Positions 26,855 through 37,229 of a DNA stretch of 64,000 nt are shown one piece after another. The DNA is from Minisyncoccota bacterium. Lineage in GTDB: Bacteria > Patescibacteriota > Minisyncoccia > Minisyncoccales > JAGOPM01. The first letter of the stretch is position 1, and each line of letters begins with the position of its first letter. The DNA is taken from NCBI GenBank assembly GCA_041651395.1, contig JBAZJI010000001.1, forward strand, positions 182,533 through 246,532, read 5' to 3'. The position numbers were made by a program, and so were the translations under genes. The notes under the pieces were generated by a model that had not been told where the DNA came from, made no database searches, and was given only the letters and a program-made list of their open reading frames with translations.

Positions 26855-26883
26855 TTGACAAAAATAAAATAAAATGCTATAAT
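26855..26883 (+). promoter_or_regulatory. perfect-consensus sigma70 promoter TTGACA-17 nt-TATAAT
   Basis: Hexamers and spacer read directly. AGGAGG RBS and ATG 26955 lie downstream. Confidence 0.5.
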
Positions 26884-26954
26884 TAATATATTGTAAAGAA
26901 GGCAGAAAAGCCTGATTTGTACAAGAACAAATATACAACGATTATTAGGAGGAA

Positions 26955-27164
26955 ATGATGAAAAGAATAGTTACGATCGCTCTCTGTTTTGCGGTTCTAG
27001 TCATGTGTTGCGCTACACTGATAGGATGCATTGGCGACGGCAGGAGTTTTGACGGGAAAGAATACGACCCCTTCAACGACAGGTGGAGCCCGCTTTACAA
27101 GCTTAACCCTCTGCGCCATCTTGATCCGCTCAAAGACCTCAGTCCCTGGAATTGGGACGAGTGA
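26955..27164 (+). CDS. small secreted protein / putative lipoprotein (69 aa)
   Basis: MMKRIVTIALCFAVLVMCCATLIGC hydrophobic N-terminus with Cys. Strong RBS, consensus promoter upstream, terminator 27180-27204 downstream. Confidence 0.45.
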   Translation: MMKRIVTIALCFAVLVMCCATLIGCIGDGRSFDGKEYDPFNDRWSPLYKLNPLRHLDPLKDLSPWNWDE

Positions 27165-27389
27165 AAACATTAATCACATAGCCGCACATCTGTGCGGCTT
27201 TTATTATGAAAACAGCTTGTTTTATAAGTATTTGTTCTTATTGATTTTTTATGGATATTATGTTATAATTAAACATTCACGTTCGCTAAAAATTGTAGAG
27301 GTTTTTACCTAAAATGCCTGATAATTGCAGGCGCGATATTTTAAGCGTAGTAATATCAAATCAAGATTGATTTGATAAGGAGGAATTTT

Positions 27390-27908
27390 ATGACAGGCAA
27401 TGAGCCCGTGACTTCTGCTGATTTGTTGGCAATACCAAATAGCGCAGTGTCGCAAGAGCAAAGTATCCAGATGCTGGCCGATGATTTCGTAGAGGCTATT
27501 GTGGAAGTTTTGGCAAATTTCAAAAATGGCCAAAACATTAACTCATGCACTCTAAGTAATCTATTTGGCAAGCCAACACTTTCTTTTACTCTGTCGCCGG
27601 CACTTGGGCGCGCTTATGACTCAGGGGGAATAATACTTAGCAGTTTATTTTCTCTGGCCAGGGCGAAATTTGTCGAAAGGGAGCAACGGGCGTGCAGGCA
27701 ACTCTATGAGCCATATGTCTGGGGCACGACTATCAAATACTACAGTTTTTCCGAATGTGTTAAGGTGCCGCCAAGCGTCTGGGGTATCGTAAGAAAGAAG
27801 CTGCTGGCGAAGGGCTACGCGGTTTACAAACTATTTGAAAGGTTTGATGGCGGAGAAGCATTTCCTCATTATTTCTATCTAGAAATAATGATCGGCCCGC
27901 TCACTTAA
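27390..27908 (+). CDS. hypothetical protein (172 aa)
   Basis: Start set at ATG 27390, 6 nt downstream of AAGGAGG; the tracker start 27372 is a TTG inside the RBS. TTGATT-N16-tgtTATAAT promoter candidate near 27238-27272. Confidence 0.5.
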   Translation: MTGNEPVTSADLLAIPNSAVSQEQSIQMLADDFVEAIVEVLANFKNGQNINSCTLSNLFGKPTLSFTLSPALGRAYDSGGIILSSLFSLARAKFVEREQRACRQLYEPYVWGTTIKYYSFSECVKVPPSVWGIVRKKLLAKGYAVYKLFERFDGGEAFPHYFYLEIMIGPLT

Positions 27909-27926
27909 GTTAAAGATAATCAGGAT

Positions 27927-27953
27927 AGCCCCACATTGTGGGGCTCTTTTTAT
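27927..27953 (+). terminator. terminator hairpin agccccaca-tt-gtggggct + TTTTT
   Basis: Read directly after the stop at 27908. Confidence 0.5.
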
Positions 27954-27962
27954 ACTCAGGTA

Positions 27963-27991
27963 TTGACAATATTGGGTTTTCCGCTTATCAT
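27963..27991 (+). promoter_or_regulatory. str-operon promoter candidate TTGACA-17 nt-TATCAT, followed by a ~215-nt structured leader before rpsL
   Basis: Hexamers read directly. The leader contains nested hairpins (ttcgcg…cgcgaa; ggctctgttgg…ccaacagat…agagcc). Confidence 0.4.
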
Positions 27992-28211
27992 GATTTCGCG
28001 AAAGAAAACTTCGCGCTACAATTTTCCTTTGATAGAAGACGCTGAAAACCTAGGCGGGGAACTGCCCGGGATAATAAACGGCTCTGTTGGCATGGCTATT
28101 CCAACAGATCAGATAGAGCCAAGCGTATACGATGCAAACAAAAAATTGTGGGGTTACGGAGTTTTAACTTCATTTTTTGTATTATCAAAACCAGAAATTA
28201 TAAAGAAAACT

Positions 28212-28640
28212 ATGCCGACAGTACATCAGCTATTAAAACACGGCAGGAAAGCCACAAAGAAGAGGTCCAAAACCTTGGCTTTGACATACGGCTTTAATAC
28301 CAAGAAAAATAAACCGGTTGGCTATTTTGCGCCTTTTAAGCGTGGAATTTGCATTAAGGTCACAACTACGACCCCTAAAAAACCGAACTCAGCTTTGCGT
28401 AAAATCGCCAAGGTTCGCCTTTCTAATGGCCATGAAGTGACTGCTTATATCCCAGGTGTGGGACATAATTTACAGGAGCACTCCGTGGTTATGATCCGTG
28501 GCGGCAGGGTAAAAGACTTGCCTGGTGTCCGCTATCACATTGTGCGTGGTGTCCTCGATACCACTGGCGTGGAAGGTCGCAAACGCGGAAGGTCATTATA
28601 TGGTGCCAAAAGGCCCAAGGCTGGAAAAACTGGAAAATAA
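28212..28640 (+). CDS. rpsL: 30S ribosomal protein S12
   Basis: [17 protein letters not shown]…[12 protein letters not shown]…[28 protein letters not shown] is near-identical to the conserved S12. The tracker ORF 27936 has a 92-aa spurious in-frame upstream extension. Confidence 0.9.
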   Translation: MPTVHQLLKHGRKATKKRSKTLALTYGFNTKKNKPVGYFAPFKRGICIKVTTTTPKKPNSALRKIAKVRLSNGHEVTAYIPGVGHNLQEHSVVMIRGGRVKDLPGVRYHIVRGVLDTTGVEGRKRGRSLYGAKRPKAGKTGK

Positions 28641-28659
28641 TTAAGGACAAAGGACAAAT

Positions 28660-29121
28660 ATGGCTAAGAAATTTGTAAAAAAAGAACTGTCCCCTGACCC
28701 CATTTATAACAGTGTCCTCATTAGCAAGCTAGTGAACTATGTTATGAAAAAAGGCCAGAAACAGACTGCTCGCAAGATTGTTTACGGTGCTTTTGAAATC
28801 GTTAAGGGCAAAACCAATCAAGAGCCCATGGACGTTTTTAACAGTGCTATCCGCAACGCCAGACCGTTGTTGGAAATTAAACCAAGGCGCGTGGGAGGTG
28901 CCGTTTATCAAGTTCCTAAGGAGGTTGATGAGCAGCGCGGAACCGTTTTAGCCTTGCGCTGGATTTTGGAGGCCTCCCGCAAGAAAAAGGGCAAGCCCTT
29001 GGCGCAGAAGCTGGCCAACGAAATCATGGAAACTGCCAATGGGCAGGGAGATGCTATCCGCAAGAAAGAGAACGTGCACAAGATGGCTGAGGCCAACAGG
29101 TCATTTGCCCACCTTGGATAA
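28660..29121 (+). CDS. rpsG: 30S ribosomal protein S7
   Basis: Conserved S7 blocks (KPRRVGGAVYQVP, MAEANRSFAH) and position after rpsL. Confidence 0.9.
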   Translation: MAKKFVKKELSPDPIYNSVLISKLVNYVMKKGQKQTARKIVYGAFEIVKGKTNQEPMDVFNSAIRNARPLLEIKPRRVGGAVYQVPKEVDEQRGTVLALRWILEASRKKKGKPLAQKLANEIMETANGQGDAIRKKENVHKMAEANRSFAHLG

Positions 29122-29156
29122 AAAATTAATAGTTATAAATTTTACACTAATTAACT

Positions 29157-31259
29157 ATGCCTCGCATTGTACCCATTGAGAGATACCGCAATATCGGGAT
29201 TATCGCTCACATTGACGCTGGTAAAACAACTACCACAGAGCGTATTTTGTATTACACGGGTGTGACTCACAAAATCGGTGACATTGACGAAGGAAATACC
29301 ACGACTGACTGGATGGTTCAGGAAAAGGAGCGCGGAATCACTATTACTTCCGCGGCTATTACCGCTTTTTGGACTCCGCAGGATTTGCCCAAGACCAAGG
29401 ACAACCAATATTTGATTAACGTTATCGATACCCCAGGACACATTGACTTTACGGCCGAAGTTATCCGCTCGCTGCGCGTGCTGGATGGCGCGGTCGTCGT
29501 TTTTGATGGAGTTTCCGGTGTCGAACCACAGTCTGAAACCGTTTGGAGGCAGGCTGATGATTACAAAGTTCCGCGCATGTGCTTCATCAATAAGTTAGAC
29601 CGCATGGGCGCTTCCTTTGTTGATTCTTTTAATTCCATTTTACATAAGCTCACGCCTAATGCCGTGGCCATGCAGATTCCGATTGGCTTGGAAGCCAATC
29701 ACAAAGGTATAGTGGATTTGCTCAAAATGAAAGCCTATTATTTCGAAGGAGATATGGGCCAGAATGTCATTGAAAAGGATATCCCCGAGGAGCTTAAAGC
29801 TGAAGCTAAAGAGTGGCATGACAAGATGGTTGAGCACATTTGCGGCAATGATGATGCTTTGATGGAAAAGTATTTGGGCGGAATCGAACCTAGCATCGAG
29901 GAATTGCGCAAGGCTTTAAGAAAGGCCTGCATTGCTAACAAGTTAGTGCCGGTTTTTTGTGGTTCTTCTTTGAAGAATAAAGGCACTCAACCTTTGCTCG
30001 ATGCTGTTATTTATTATTTGCCCAATCCTTTAGATATTCCTGCTGTGCAGGGAACCAATCCCAACACTGGAGAAATTGTGGAGCGCAAGACAGATGACAA
30101 GGAGCCGTTCTGCGGTTTGGCTTTTAAGATTGCCACTGACCCATTTGTGGGCAGTTTGGTTTATGTGCGTGTTTATTCGGGCGCTTTGAAAAAAGGCACC
30201 TATGCCTATAATGCCGTTTCCGGGAACAAGGAGCGCGTAGGCCGTTTGGTGCGTATGCATGCGGATAAGCGTGAAGAAATTGAGGAAATTTTGGCCGGAG
30301 ATATCGGCGCTTTTGTCGCTGGGCAAGCCAAAACCGGTCAAACTTATTGCGATGAGGATAATCCAGTAATTTTGGAAAAAGTGGAATTCCCTGATCCGGT
30401 TATTAATGCTCAGATTGAACCCAAGACCAAAGATGACCAAGAAAAAATGGGTGTGGCCTTGCGCAAACTGACCGATGAAGATCCGACTTTCAGAGTTTCT
30501 AAAAATGAGGAAACCGGGGAGACGATTATTGCCGGTATGGGAGAGCTCCATTTGGAAATTATGATTGACCGCATGCGCCGCGAGTTCAATGTGCAGATTA
30601 ACACGGGCAAGCCACAGGTTGCTTACAAAGAAACTATCCGCAAGGAAGTCGAGGCTGAAGGAAAATACATCAGGCAATCAGGGGGCCGAGGACAATATGG
30701 TCATTGTAAGATTAGGGTCAAGCCCATGGAGAGAGGTAAAGGATTCGAATTTCTTGACGAGATTAAGGGAGGTGTGATTCCGCGTGAATTCATCAATCCG
30801 ATTGAAAAGGGTATTAAGGAAGCACTGGAAAAAGGAATTGTGGCTGGATATCCGATGATTGATGTTTCTGTCACGCTTTGGGATGGTTCTTATCACGAAG
30901 TGGACTCCTCGGAAATGGCGTTTAAGATCGCCGGCTCCATGGCCGTTCAAGAGGCCGCCCGCAACGCCAGCCCGGTGCTTTTAGAGCCGATAATGAATTG
31001 TGAGATTATCATGCCGCCGGAATACTTCGGTGACGTGATCGGGGATGTCAATTCTCGCCGCGGGCGCATTGAGGATACTTTCGACAGAATGAATCTTAAA
31101 GTCGTAAAAGCCAAAGTGCCTCTAGCCAATATGTTTGGCTACATGACCACTCTGCGCTCTATTACGCAGGGACGCGGAACATTCACTATGCAATTCCACG
31201 ATTACGAAGAAGTTCCGGCCAATATTGCTAAAGAAATTATCGAAGGAAGGAAAAAATAA
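29157..31259 (+). CDS. fusA: elongation factor G
   Basis: 700 aa with G-domain motifs [25 protein letters not shown] and the EF-G domain IV/V architecture. Confidence 0.95.
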   Translation: MPRIVPIERYRNIGIIAHIDAGKTTTTERILYYTGVTHKIGDIDEGNTTTDWMVQEKERGITITSAAITAFWTPQDLPKTKDNQYLINVIDTPGHIDFTAEVIRSLRVLDGAVVVFDGVSGVEPQSETVWRQADDYKVPRMCFINKLDRMGASFVDSFNSILHKLTPNAVAMQIPIGLEANHKGIVDLLKMKAYYFEGDMGQNVIEKDIPEELKAEAKEWHDKMVEHICGNDDALMEKYLGGIEPSIEELRKALRKACIANKLVPVFCGSSLKNKGTQPLLDAVIYYLPNPLDIPAVQGTNPNTGEIVERKTDDKEPFCGLAFKIATDPFVGSLVYVRVYSGALKKGTYAYNAVSGNKERVGRLVRMHADKREEIEEILAGDIGAFVAGQAKTGQTYCDEDNPVILEKVEFPDPVINAQIEPKTKDDQEKMGVALRKLTDEDPTFRVSKNEETGETIIAGMGELHLEIMIDRMRREFNVQINTGKPQVAYKETIRKEVEAEGKYIRQSGGRGQYGHCKIRVKPMERGKGFEFLDEIKGGVIPREFINPIEKGIKEALEKGIVAGYPMIDVSVTLWDGSYHEVDSSEMAFKIAGSMAVQEAARNASPVLLEPIMNCEIIMPPEYFGDVIGDVNSRRGRIEDTFDRMNLKVVKAKVPLANMFGYMTTLRSITQGRGTFTMQFHDYEEVPANIAKEIIEGRKK

Positions 31260-31273
31260 GTTAACAAAAGGGT

Positions 31274-31543
31274 ATGGATATCAATGACATAAAAAAAATG
31301 ATGAGGTCGCGCAATGATAAGGTCGTCATCATTGAGAATGGTAAGCCGATTATGGTTGTAATGCCTTATGAGGGCTATGAGCAGATTTCTTTGGCTTTGC
31401 CGGAGTTGCCGCTTTCCAAGGAGGAGAGTAAGGCTCTACCCGGGACCAAAACGCCAGCTGTTCAGCCGCATAGTCCTGCGCCGCAGGAGAAGACAGAAAA
31501 TGAAAACGACAAGCTCAATCTTAATGACCTCCCATTCCTCTAA
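31274..31543 (+). CDS. small protein with Phd/YefM-antitoxin-like N-terminal domain and Pro/Glu-rich tail
   Basis: DKVVIIENGKPIMVVMPYEGYEQISL resembles the YefM/Phd core (ITRxGxPxAVLxSxEEYESL). No toxin partner; inserted between fusA and tuf. Confidence 0.4.
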   Translation: MDINDIKKMMRSRNDKVVIIENGKPIMVVMPYEGYEQISLALPELPLSKEESKALPGTKTPAVQPHSPAPQEKTENENDKLNLNDLPFL

Positions 31544-31550
31544 TAAACCC

Positions 31551-31578
31551 TTGACTTATAAAGAGATTTTGGTACAAT
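31551..31578 (+). promoter_or_regulatory. tuf promoter candidate TTGACT-16 nt-TGgTACAAT (extended -10)
   Basis: Hexamers read directly, about 70 nt upstream of ATG 31650. Confidence 0.45.
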
Positions 31579-31649
31579 AAATACGTCAAAAATCCATTAA
31601 AATAAAAAATAAAAATCGCCCTTTGGGCAAAATAAAATAAATAAAAAAT

Positions 31650-32849
31650 ATGGCAGATAAAGCGAAATTCGAAAGGGGTAAGCCCCACCTTAATATCGGT
31701 ACCATCGGCCACGTTGACCATGGTAAAACCTCGCTCACTTCCGCTATCTTGCACACTCTCCACTTGGAGGGTTTGCCAGTGGATGAGCGCTCAGTCGACC
31801 AAATCGACAGTTCTCCTGAGGAAAAAGCTCGTGGAGTAACTATTAACATTTCCCACCTCGAGTACGAGACTAAGAATAGGCACTACGCCCACATTGACTG
31901 CCCCGGACACGCAGACTATGTCAAGAATATGATTACCGGTGCGGCCCAAATGGACGGTACTATTCTGGTAGTTTCCGCCGCTGACGGCGCCATGCCTCAG
32001 ACCCGGGAACACATCATTTTGGTCCGCCAAGTCGGTGTGCCCGCCATCGTCGTTTTCCTCAACAAGTGCGACATGGTTGATGATAAAGAAATGATTGATT
32101 TGGTTGAACAGGAAGTTCGTGAACTTTTGAAAAAATATAAATTCCCCGGCGATGAAATTCCTTTCATCCGCGGTTCTGCTACCAAGGCTTTGGAACAAAC
32201 TTCCACTGACAATGAATGGTCAAAGGCTATTCTTGATTTGATGGCGGCCTGTGATTCTTATATCCCGGCTCCGACCCGCGAAACCGATAAGCCTTTCTTG
32301 ATGGCTGTCGAAGATGTTATGACCATTTCTGGCCGCGGCACTGTGGCTACTGGTCGTATCGAGCGCGGTGTGGTTAACGCTAACGATGAAGTTGAAATCG
32401 TCGGTTTGCGCGAAACCCAGAAGACCACCGTGGTCTCCTTGGAAATGTTTAAGAAGATTTTGGATCAGGCTATGGCCGGAGACAATGTCGGTATCTTGCT
32501 TCGAGGTTTGAAGAAAGAAGATTTGGAGCGCGGTCAGGTTCTTTGCAAACCCGGCTCCATCACTCCGCACACGGAATTTGAAGCCAGTATTTACGTTATG
32601 ACCAAAGAAGAGGGTGGCCGCCACACGGCATTTGCCAAAGGCTATAAGCCCCAATTCTACATGAGGACTACCGACGTTACCGGTGAGGTTAGTCTCCCGG
32701 AGGGCGTGGAAATCGTCATGCCCGGTGACACTGTTAACATCAAGGTCAAATTGATTGCTCCTATCGCCTTGGAAGAGCAACAGAAGTTCGCTATCCGCGA
32801 GGGTGGCCGGACTGTGGGCGCTGGAGTTATCACCAAGATAATTGCGTAA
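31650..32849 (+). CDS. tuf: elongation factor Tu
   Basis: 399 aa with [23 protein letters not shown] motifs and full-length homology to EF-Tu. Confidence 0.95.
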   Translation: MADKAKFERGKPHLNIGTIGHVDHGKTSLTSAILHTLHLEGLPVDERSVDQIDSSPEEKARGVTINISHLEYETKNRHYAHIDCPGHADYVKNMITGAAQMDGTILVVSAADGAMPQTREHIILVRQVGVPAIVVFLNKCDMVDDKEMIDLVEQEVRELLKKYKFPGDEIPFIRGSATKALEQTSTDNEWSKAILDLMAACDSYIPAPTRETDKPFLMAVEDVMTISGRGTVATGRIERGVVNANDEVEIVGLRETQKTTVVSLEMFKKILDQAMAGDNVGILLRGLKKEDLERGQVLCKPGSITPHTEFEASIYVMTKEEGGRHTAFAKGYKPQFYMRTTDVTGEVSLPEGVEIVMPGDTVNIKVKLIAPIALEEQQKFAIREGGRTVGAGVITKIIA

Positions 32850-32883
32850 GTTATTACCAATCTAAGTAAGCAAAGGCACTACC

Positions 32884-33213
32884 ATGGCAGTAAAAAAGGA
32901 AGAAATAAAACAAAAATTACGGGTAAAGTTAAGAGCATATGACCACAAGGTCATTGACAATGGCGCGAAACAAATCGTTGATATGGTTACGCGCCATGGT
33001 GGCAATGCCGTGGGTCCTGTGCCTTTGCCTACCGAGATTAAAAAGTTTACAGTCAACCGCTCCACCTTCGTCCACAAGGACGCTCGGGAGCAGTTTGAAA
33101 TGCGCATACACAAGCGCATGATCGACATTGTCGGCCCCAACCAGAAGGTTATTGAGTCACTGCGCGACATTAACCTCCCGGCCGGAGTGGATATTGAGGT
33201 CAAAATGTACTGA
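32884..33213 (+). CDS. rpsJ: 30S ribosomal protein S10
   Basis: KLRVKLRAYDHKVID…GPVPLPT…FTVNRSTFVHKDAREQFEMRIHKRMIDI matches S10. Confidence 0.9.
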   Translation: MAVKKEEIKQKLRVKLRAYDHKVIDNGAKQIVDMVTRHGGNAVGPVPLPTEIKKFTVNRSTFVHKDAREQFEMRIHKRMIDIVGPNQKVIESLRDINLPAGVDIEVKMY

Positions 33214-33336
33214 TAAAAACCTAATACATTTCCAATAGCGCTGCCCCAAAATGGGCGCGCCAAGAAATACAGATATCGGTGTTAACCGGATTCATTTGCC
33301 GGGTTAGCCCCGGCATTTGATTTACCCTAAATAAAT

Positions 33337-33930
33337 ATGAAATTCATTGTAGGAAAAAAATTGAAGATGGGTCAGATTTGGAAGGATAACAAGGTTATCC
33401 CTGTTACCATTGTGGAAGCAGGGCCTTGCACTGTCACCCAAGTCAAAGAAAAAGAAAAGGACGGCTATAATGGCGTCCAGGTTGGTTTTGGCAAAATCGA
33501 AAAAGAATCCAAAATCACCAAGTCGCTCAAAGCCAAGCCCTTCGACCATTTGAAAGAATGTTCGATCGAGGCACAGGTAAAAGTGGGCGACATTTTAGAT
33601 GTGTCACAATTCGCTGAAGGCGACATTATTAAAGTCGCCGGCGTCAGCAAGGGAAAAGGTAACCAAGGTCCGGCCAAGCGTTATGGTTTCCGCGGAGCAG
33701 CTTCGGCTACTCACGGTAACAAACATAACCACAGGACCACTGGTTCTATTGGTTCCCGCTGGCCGCAAAGGGTGGTGCCCGGCAAGAAAATGGCCGGCCG
33801 CATGGGCGGAATTCGCACTACTGTCAGCGGTTTGATTGTTGTAAAAATTGATAAGGAGCAGAACTTAATTGCAATAAAGGGCGCAGTTCCAGGCCATGCC
33901 GGCACACTCCTTGAAATCACTGCCAAGTGA
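33337..33930 (+). CDS. rplC: 50S ribosomal protein L3
   Basis: Conserved L3 blocks (GKGNQGPAKRYGF…GSIGSRWPQRVVPGKKMAG) and operon position. Confidence 0.9.
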   Translation: MKFIVGKKLKMGQIWKDNKVIPVTIVEAGPCTVTQVKEKEKDGYNGVQVGFGKIEKESKITKSLKAKPFDHLKECSIEAQVKVGDILDVSQFAEGDIIKVAGVSKGKGNQGPAKRYGFRGAASATHGNKHNHRTTGSIGSRWPQRVVPGKKMAGRMGGIRTTVSGLIVVKIDKEQNLIAIKGAVPGHAGTLLEITAK

Positions 33931-33951
33931 TTGAAGTAATAATCCGAAACT

Positions 33952-34581
33952 ATGAACTTCGAAACTTATAACCAAAAAGGATCAAAGGCAGGAGAAATTA
34001 CTCTTCCCGAGGAGATTTTCGGTTTGGCTATTAATAATAATTTACTCCACCAAGTTGCCGTTTCCCAGGCTTCTAACCGCCGCGAAAGCCATGCCCATAC
34101 CAAAGACAGGGGCGAGGTAGCCGGCACTGGTAAGAAACCTTGGAAGCAAAAAGGCACTGGCCGCGCTCGCGCTGGCTCCGTGCGCTCACCGTTATGGCGC
34201 AAGGGAGGTATTACTTTTGGCCCGCGCAATGAACGCAGCTATAAAAAAGAAATCCCGGCCAAGATGCGCCGCAAGGCTTTGTTTATGGCGCTTTCCGGTA
34301 AATTGGCCGACAATGAACTGATAATTTTGGATGCTTTGCAATCCGAAAAAGGCAAGACCAAAGAAATGGCTGAACTCTTTGCCAAATTGCCCGTTGGTAA
34401 AGCGACTGTTTTAGTGGCTTTACAAAAACATGAGCCGGCCTTGGTCAAAGCGATTTTTAATTTGAAAAATGTAAAAGTCTTGGAGGTCCGCAATTTGAAT
34501 TCTTTGGACGTTTTGAACAGCAAATATTTTGTGACCACCAAGGGCGGCATTGAAGAATTGAAAAAGGTTTTTCTCAAATAA
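33952..34581 (+). CDS. rplD: 50S ribosomal protein L4
   Basis: KPWKQKGTGRARAGSVRSPLWRKGGITFGP is the L4 signature. Confidence 0.9.
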   Translation: MNFETYNQKGSKAGEITLPEEIFGLAINNNLLHQVAVSQASNRRESHAHTKDRGEVAGTGKKPWKQKGTGRARAGSVRSPLWRKGGITFGPRNERSYKKEIPAKMRRKALFMALSGKLADNELIILDALQSEKGKTKEMAELFAKLPVGKATVLVALQKHEPALVKAIFNLKNVKVLEVRNLNSLDVLNSKYFVTTKGGIEELKKVFLK

Positions 34582-34598
34582 CCAGATAAATCACTACC

Positions 34599-34931
34599 AT
34601 GGCTAAACAAGAAGAACAAAAAAATACTATCAAGCGGGAGAATACCAAACCTGAAAAAAACTTCAGTGTCATTCGCAAGCCTTTAGTGACCGAGAAGGCC
34701 GCTATGCTTGCCCAAAACAACAAGTACGTTTTTTCAGTCGATAAGCGCGCCAACAAGCACCAGATCGCCCAAACAGTGGAAAAACTTTATAAGGTGCATG
34801 TTGTCGATGTTAATGTTTCCAAGATTCCGGCCAAGCGCAAGGGTTTTGGAAGACTTGCCGGAAGTAAAGCCGCTGTTTACAAGGCTATCGTGACTGTTAA
34901 AGCCGGGGAAAAAATAGAAATATTCCAATAA
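34599..34931 (+). CDS. rplW: 50S ribosomal protein L23 (N-terminal Lys/Glu-rich extension)
   Basis: VIRKPLVTEKA…YVFSVDKRANKHQI…VNV core matches L23. Confidence 0.85.
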   Translation: MAKQEEQKNTIKRENTKPEKNFSVIRKPLVTEKAAMLAQNNKYVFSVDKRANKHQIAQTVEKLYKVHVVDVNVSKIPAKRKGFGRLAGSKAAVYKAIVTVKAGEKIEIFQ

Positions 34932-34932
34932 C

Positions 34933-35757
34933 ATGATGAAGCATCACAAGCCTACAACTCAAACCCAGAGGCATACGGTTACCGAAGACTTTTCTCTTCT
35001 CACCAAAAAGAGGCCGGAAAGAGCTTTGACTTTTTTCCGCAAGAAGAACTCTGGTCACAATAGCGCCGGGAGAATTTCTACGCGCCACAAAGGCGGCGGC
35101 CACAAGCAGCTTTATCGTTTTGTGGAATATGGCCAGAAGGAAATGTTGGGCCAGACTGGCAAAGTTATTGCTTTGGAATATGATCCGAACAGGACCGCCT
35201 TCATTAATTTGGTGGATTTTGGCGGAAAGAAATTTTATGTAATCGCTCCGCAGGGCCTTAATGTCGGTGACGCAATTACTTTTGCGGAAAAAGCCGAGAT
35301 TAAAGTGGGTAATCGCATGAAGTTGAAAAATATCCCCGTGGGAACATCGGTTTTCAACGTGGAGATCCAGCCTGATCAAGGCGGCAAGCTTATCAAAGCT
35401 GCCGGCAGCTCAGCCATTGTTTTGGCTAATGAAAATGGCGTGACTAACTTAAAAATGCCTTCCAGCGAAGTGCGCACTATTAATGATGAATGCTATGCCA
35501 CCGTGGGTGCCATTTCCAGACCCGAGCACAAATATGTCAAATTAGGTAAAGCCGGCCGCAGCCGTTGGAAAGGCATCAGGCCTACTGTTAGAGGTACGGT
35601 TATGAATCCTGTTGACCATCCGCATGGAGGTGGAGAAGGAAGGCAACCGCTTGGTATGTCTGCTCCTAAGACTCCTTGGGGAAAGATTGCCAGAGGTGTT
35701 AAAACCCGCAAACGCAAATATACCAATAAATATATTCTTGCCCGCCGGACTAAATAA
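34933..35757 (+). CDS. rplB: 50S ribosomal protein L2
   Basis: [18 protein letters not shown] and [14 protein letters not shown] signatures. Confidence 0.95.
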   Translation: MMKHHKPTTQTQRHTVTEDFSLLTKKRPERALTFFRKKNSGHNSAGRISTRHKGGGHKQLYRFVEYGQKEMLGQTGKVIALEYDPNRTAFINLVDFGGKKFYVIAPQGLNVGDAITFAEKAEIKVGNRMKLKNIPVGTSVFNVEIQPDQGGKLIKAAGSSAIVLANENGVTNLKMPSSEVRTINDECYATVGAISRPEHKYVKLGKAGRSRWKGIRPTVRGTVMNPVDHPHGGGEGRQPLGMSAPKTPWGKIARGVKTRKRKYTNKYILARRTK

Positions 35758-35768
35758 TATCAACTACT

Positions 35769-36101
35769 ATGTCTAGATCACTTAAGAAAGGGCCTTATGT
35801 TGACGAAAAACTTTTAGGAAAAGTTAAGTCAGCCAAGGACAAAACAATCATAAAGACTTGGTCCCGCGATTGCACCATCGTGCCCGAATTTGTCGGCCGC
35901 ACTTTTGGAGTGCATAATGGCAAAGAATTTATTGCTGTGGCTGTTAATGAAGAAATGGTTGGCCATAAGCTCGGGGAATTTTCTCCCTCTACCAAGTTCT
36001 CCCGCCACGGAGGTAAAAAGCAGAAGGAACTTGAAGGTAAAGCCGCTGCAGTTGCTGCCGCTTCTACCGCCGCTGCCCAAACCGAACCTACCAAGAAATA
36101 A
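35769..36101 (+). CDS. rpsS: 30S ribosomal protein S19 with Ala-rich C-terminal tail
   Basis: [16 protein letters not shown]…HNGKEF core. About 18 extra C-terminal residues ([20 protein letters not shown]). Confidence 0.9.
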   Translation: MSRSLKKGPYVDEKLLGKVKSAKDKTIIKTWSRDCTIVPEFVGRTFGVHNGKEFIAVAVNEEMVGHKLGEFSPSTKFSRHGGKKQKELEGKAAAVAAASTAAAQTEPTKK

Positions 36102-36110
36102 TAAACTACC

Positions 36111-36575
36111 ATGTCAGTAAAGGCATACATAAAATATATCAGGATAGCGCCCAGAAAAATGATGTTAATGGCTGATCTTATCCGCGGAAAATCAGTTATT
36201 GAAGCTGAGCGCATTTTGAGATTCAAAACCAATAGGACAGCACAGCCCATGCTTAAGCTTTTGCTTTCCGCTAAGGCTAATGCCAAGCATAATTTCCAAT
36301 TAGATCCCGACACCCTTTATATCTGCAAGCTTTGCGTGGACAAGGGTCCCACACTCAAAAGGAGTATGCCTCGTTCCCGCGGCACCGCTTTCCCGATTAT
36401 GAAGTTTACCTCCCATGTCAATATGGAACTAGGAACCAAGGAGGAAATCGCCCAGCAGCCGACGGGCGCCCGAGGGATTAAAGCTGCCAAGTTGGCTAAA
36501 GCCCAAGGCGCAGCCGAGGTCAAGGAAGCCAAAAAAGAGGCTCCCAAAAAAGTGAAAAAAGTATCTAAGAAATAA
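36111..36575 (+). CDS. rplV: 50S ribosomal protein L22 with Lys/Ala-rich C-terminal extension
   Basis: KYIRIAPRKMMLMADLIRGKSV…RSRGTAFPIMKFTSHV matches L22. The tail is KAAKLAKAQGAAEVKEAKKEAPKKVKKVSKK. Confidence 0.9.
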   Translation: MSVKAYIKYIRIAPRKMMLMADLIRGKSVIEAERILRFKTNRTAQPMLKLLLSAKANAKHNFQLDPDTLYICKLCVDKGPTLKRSMPRSRGTAFPIMKFTSHVNMELGTKEEIAQQPTGARGIKAAKLAKAQGAAEVKEAKKEAPKKVKKVSKK

Positions 36576-36576
36576 T

Positions 36577-37221
36577 ATGGCGCACAAAGTCCACCCAAAA
36601 GTTTTCAGGATTAAAGGAATAGGCGATTGGTCTTCACGCTGGTTTGATGTGAAGAATTTCCCTAAGAATTTGGAAAGCGATATGCTTATCCGCGATTTTT
36701 TAGAAGAGAAATTGAAAGAAGCCGGCGTTCAAGGAATCGAAATTGAAAGATTCACCGACAAGATCAGGATTATCGTTAATACTGCCAGACCCGGTGTTAT
36801 TATCGGCCGCGCCGGCAAAGGTGCTGAAGATTTGAAGAAAGAATTGGAGAAAAAATTCGGCGGCAAGACCAAGAAACAGGAAATTAAATTGGAGATCCGC
36901 GAGATTAAGAATCCTTGGATTAATTCTACTTTCATTGCCCAATATATTGCGGGACAAATTGAGAGACGCGCCAAATTCCGCTCAGTTATGAAACAGGCCA
37001 TGAAAAAGGCCAGCCTCAATAAGGAAGTTAAGGGAATTAAGGTTGATGTGGCCGGAAGGCTTAACGGAGGCACTATTGCCCGCCGCGAGTGGCTTTCTCA
37101 GGGCCGGCTTCCCAGAACTTCTTTGCGTGCTGATATCGATTACGGTTTTGCCGAGGCTCATTGCACTTACGGTTTAATCGGGGTAAAGGTCTGGCTCTAC
37201 AAAGGAGATAAATTCGAATAA
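36577..37221 (+). CDS. rpsC: 30S ribosomal protein S3
   Basis: MAHKVHPKVFRIKGIGDWSSRWF and KH-domain blocks; operon position. Confidence 0.9.
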   Translation: MAHKVHPKVFRIKGIGDWSSRWFDVKNFPKNLESDMLIRDFLEEKLKEAGVQGIEIERFTDKIRIIVNTARPGVIIGRAGKGAEDLKKELEKKFGGKTKKQEIKLEIREIKNPWINSTFIAQYIAGQIERRAKFRSVMKQAMKKASLNKEVKGIKVDVAGRLNGGTIARREWLSQGRLPRTSLRADIDYGFAEAHCTYGLIGVKVWLYKGDKFE

Positions 37222-37229
37222 ATACTATC

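Noticed and set aside
27936-28211. 92-aa in-frame N-terminal extension of the rpsL ORF
   Set aside because: The conserved S12 start MPTVHQLL is at 28212. The extension overlaps the promoter, terminator and leader and has no protein-like composition.
30030-30677. 215-aa minus-strand ORF inside fusA, and similar ones inside tuf (32220-32780) and rpsE (40803-41363)
   Set aside because: They are antisense to highly conserved genes and are artefacts of GC-biased codon positions.
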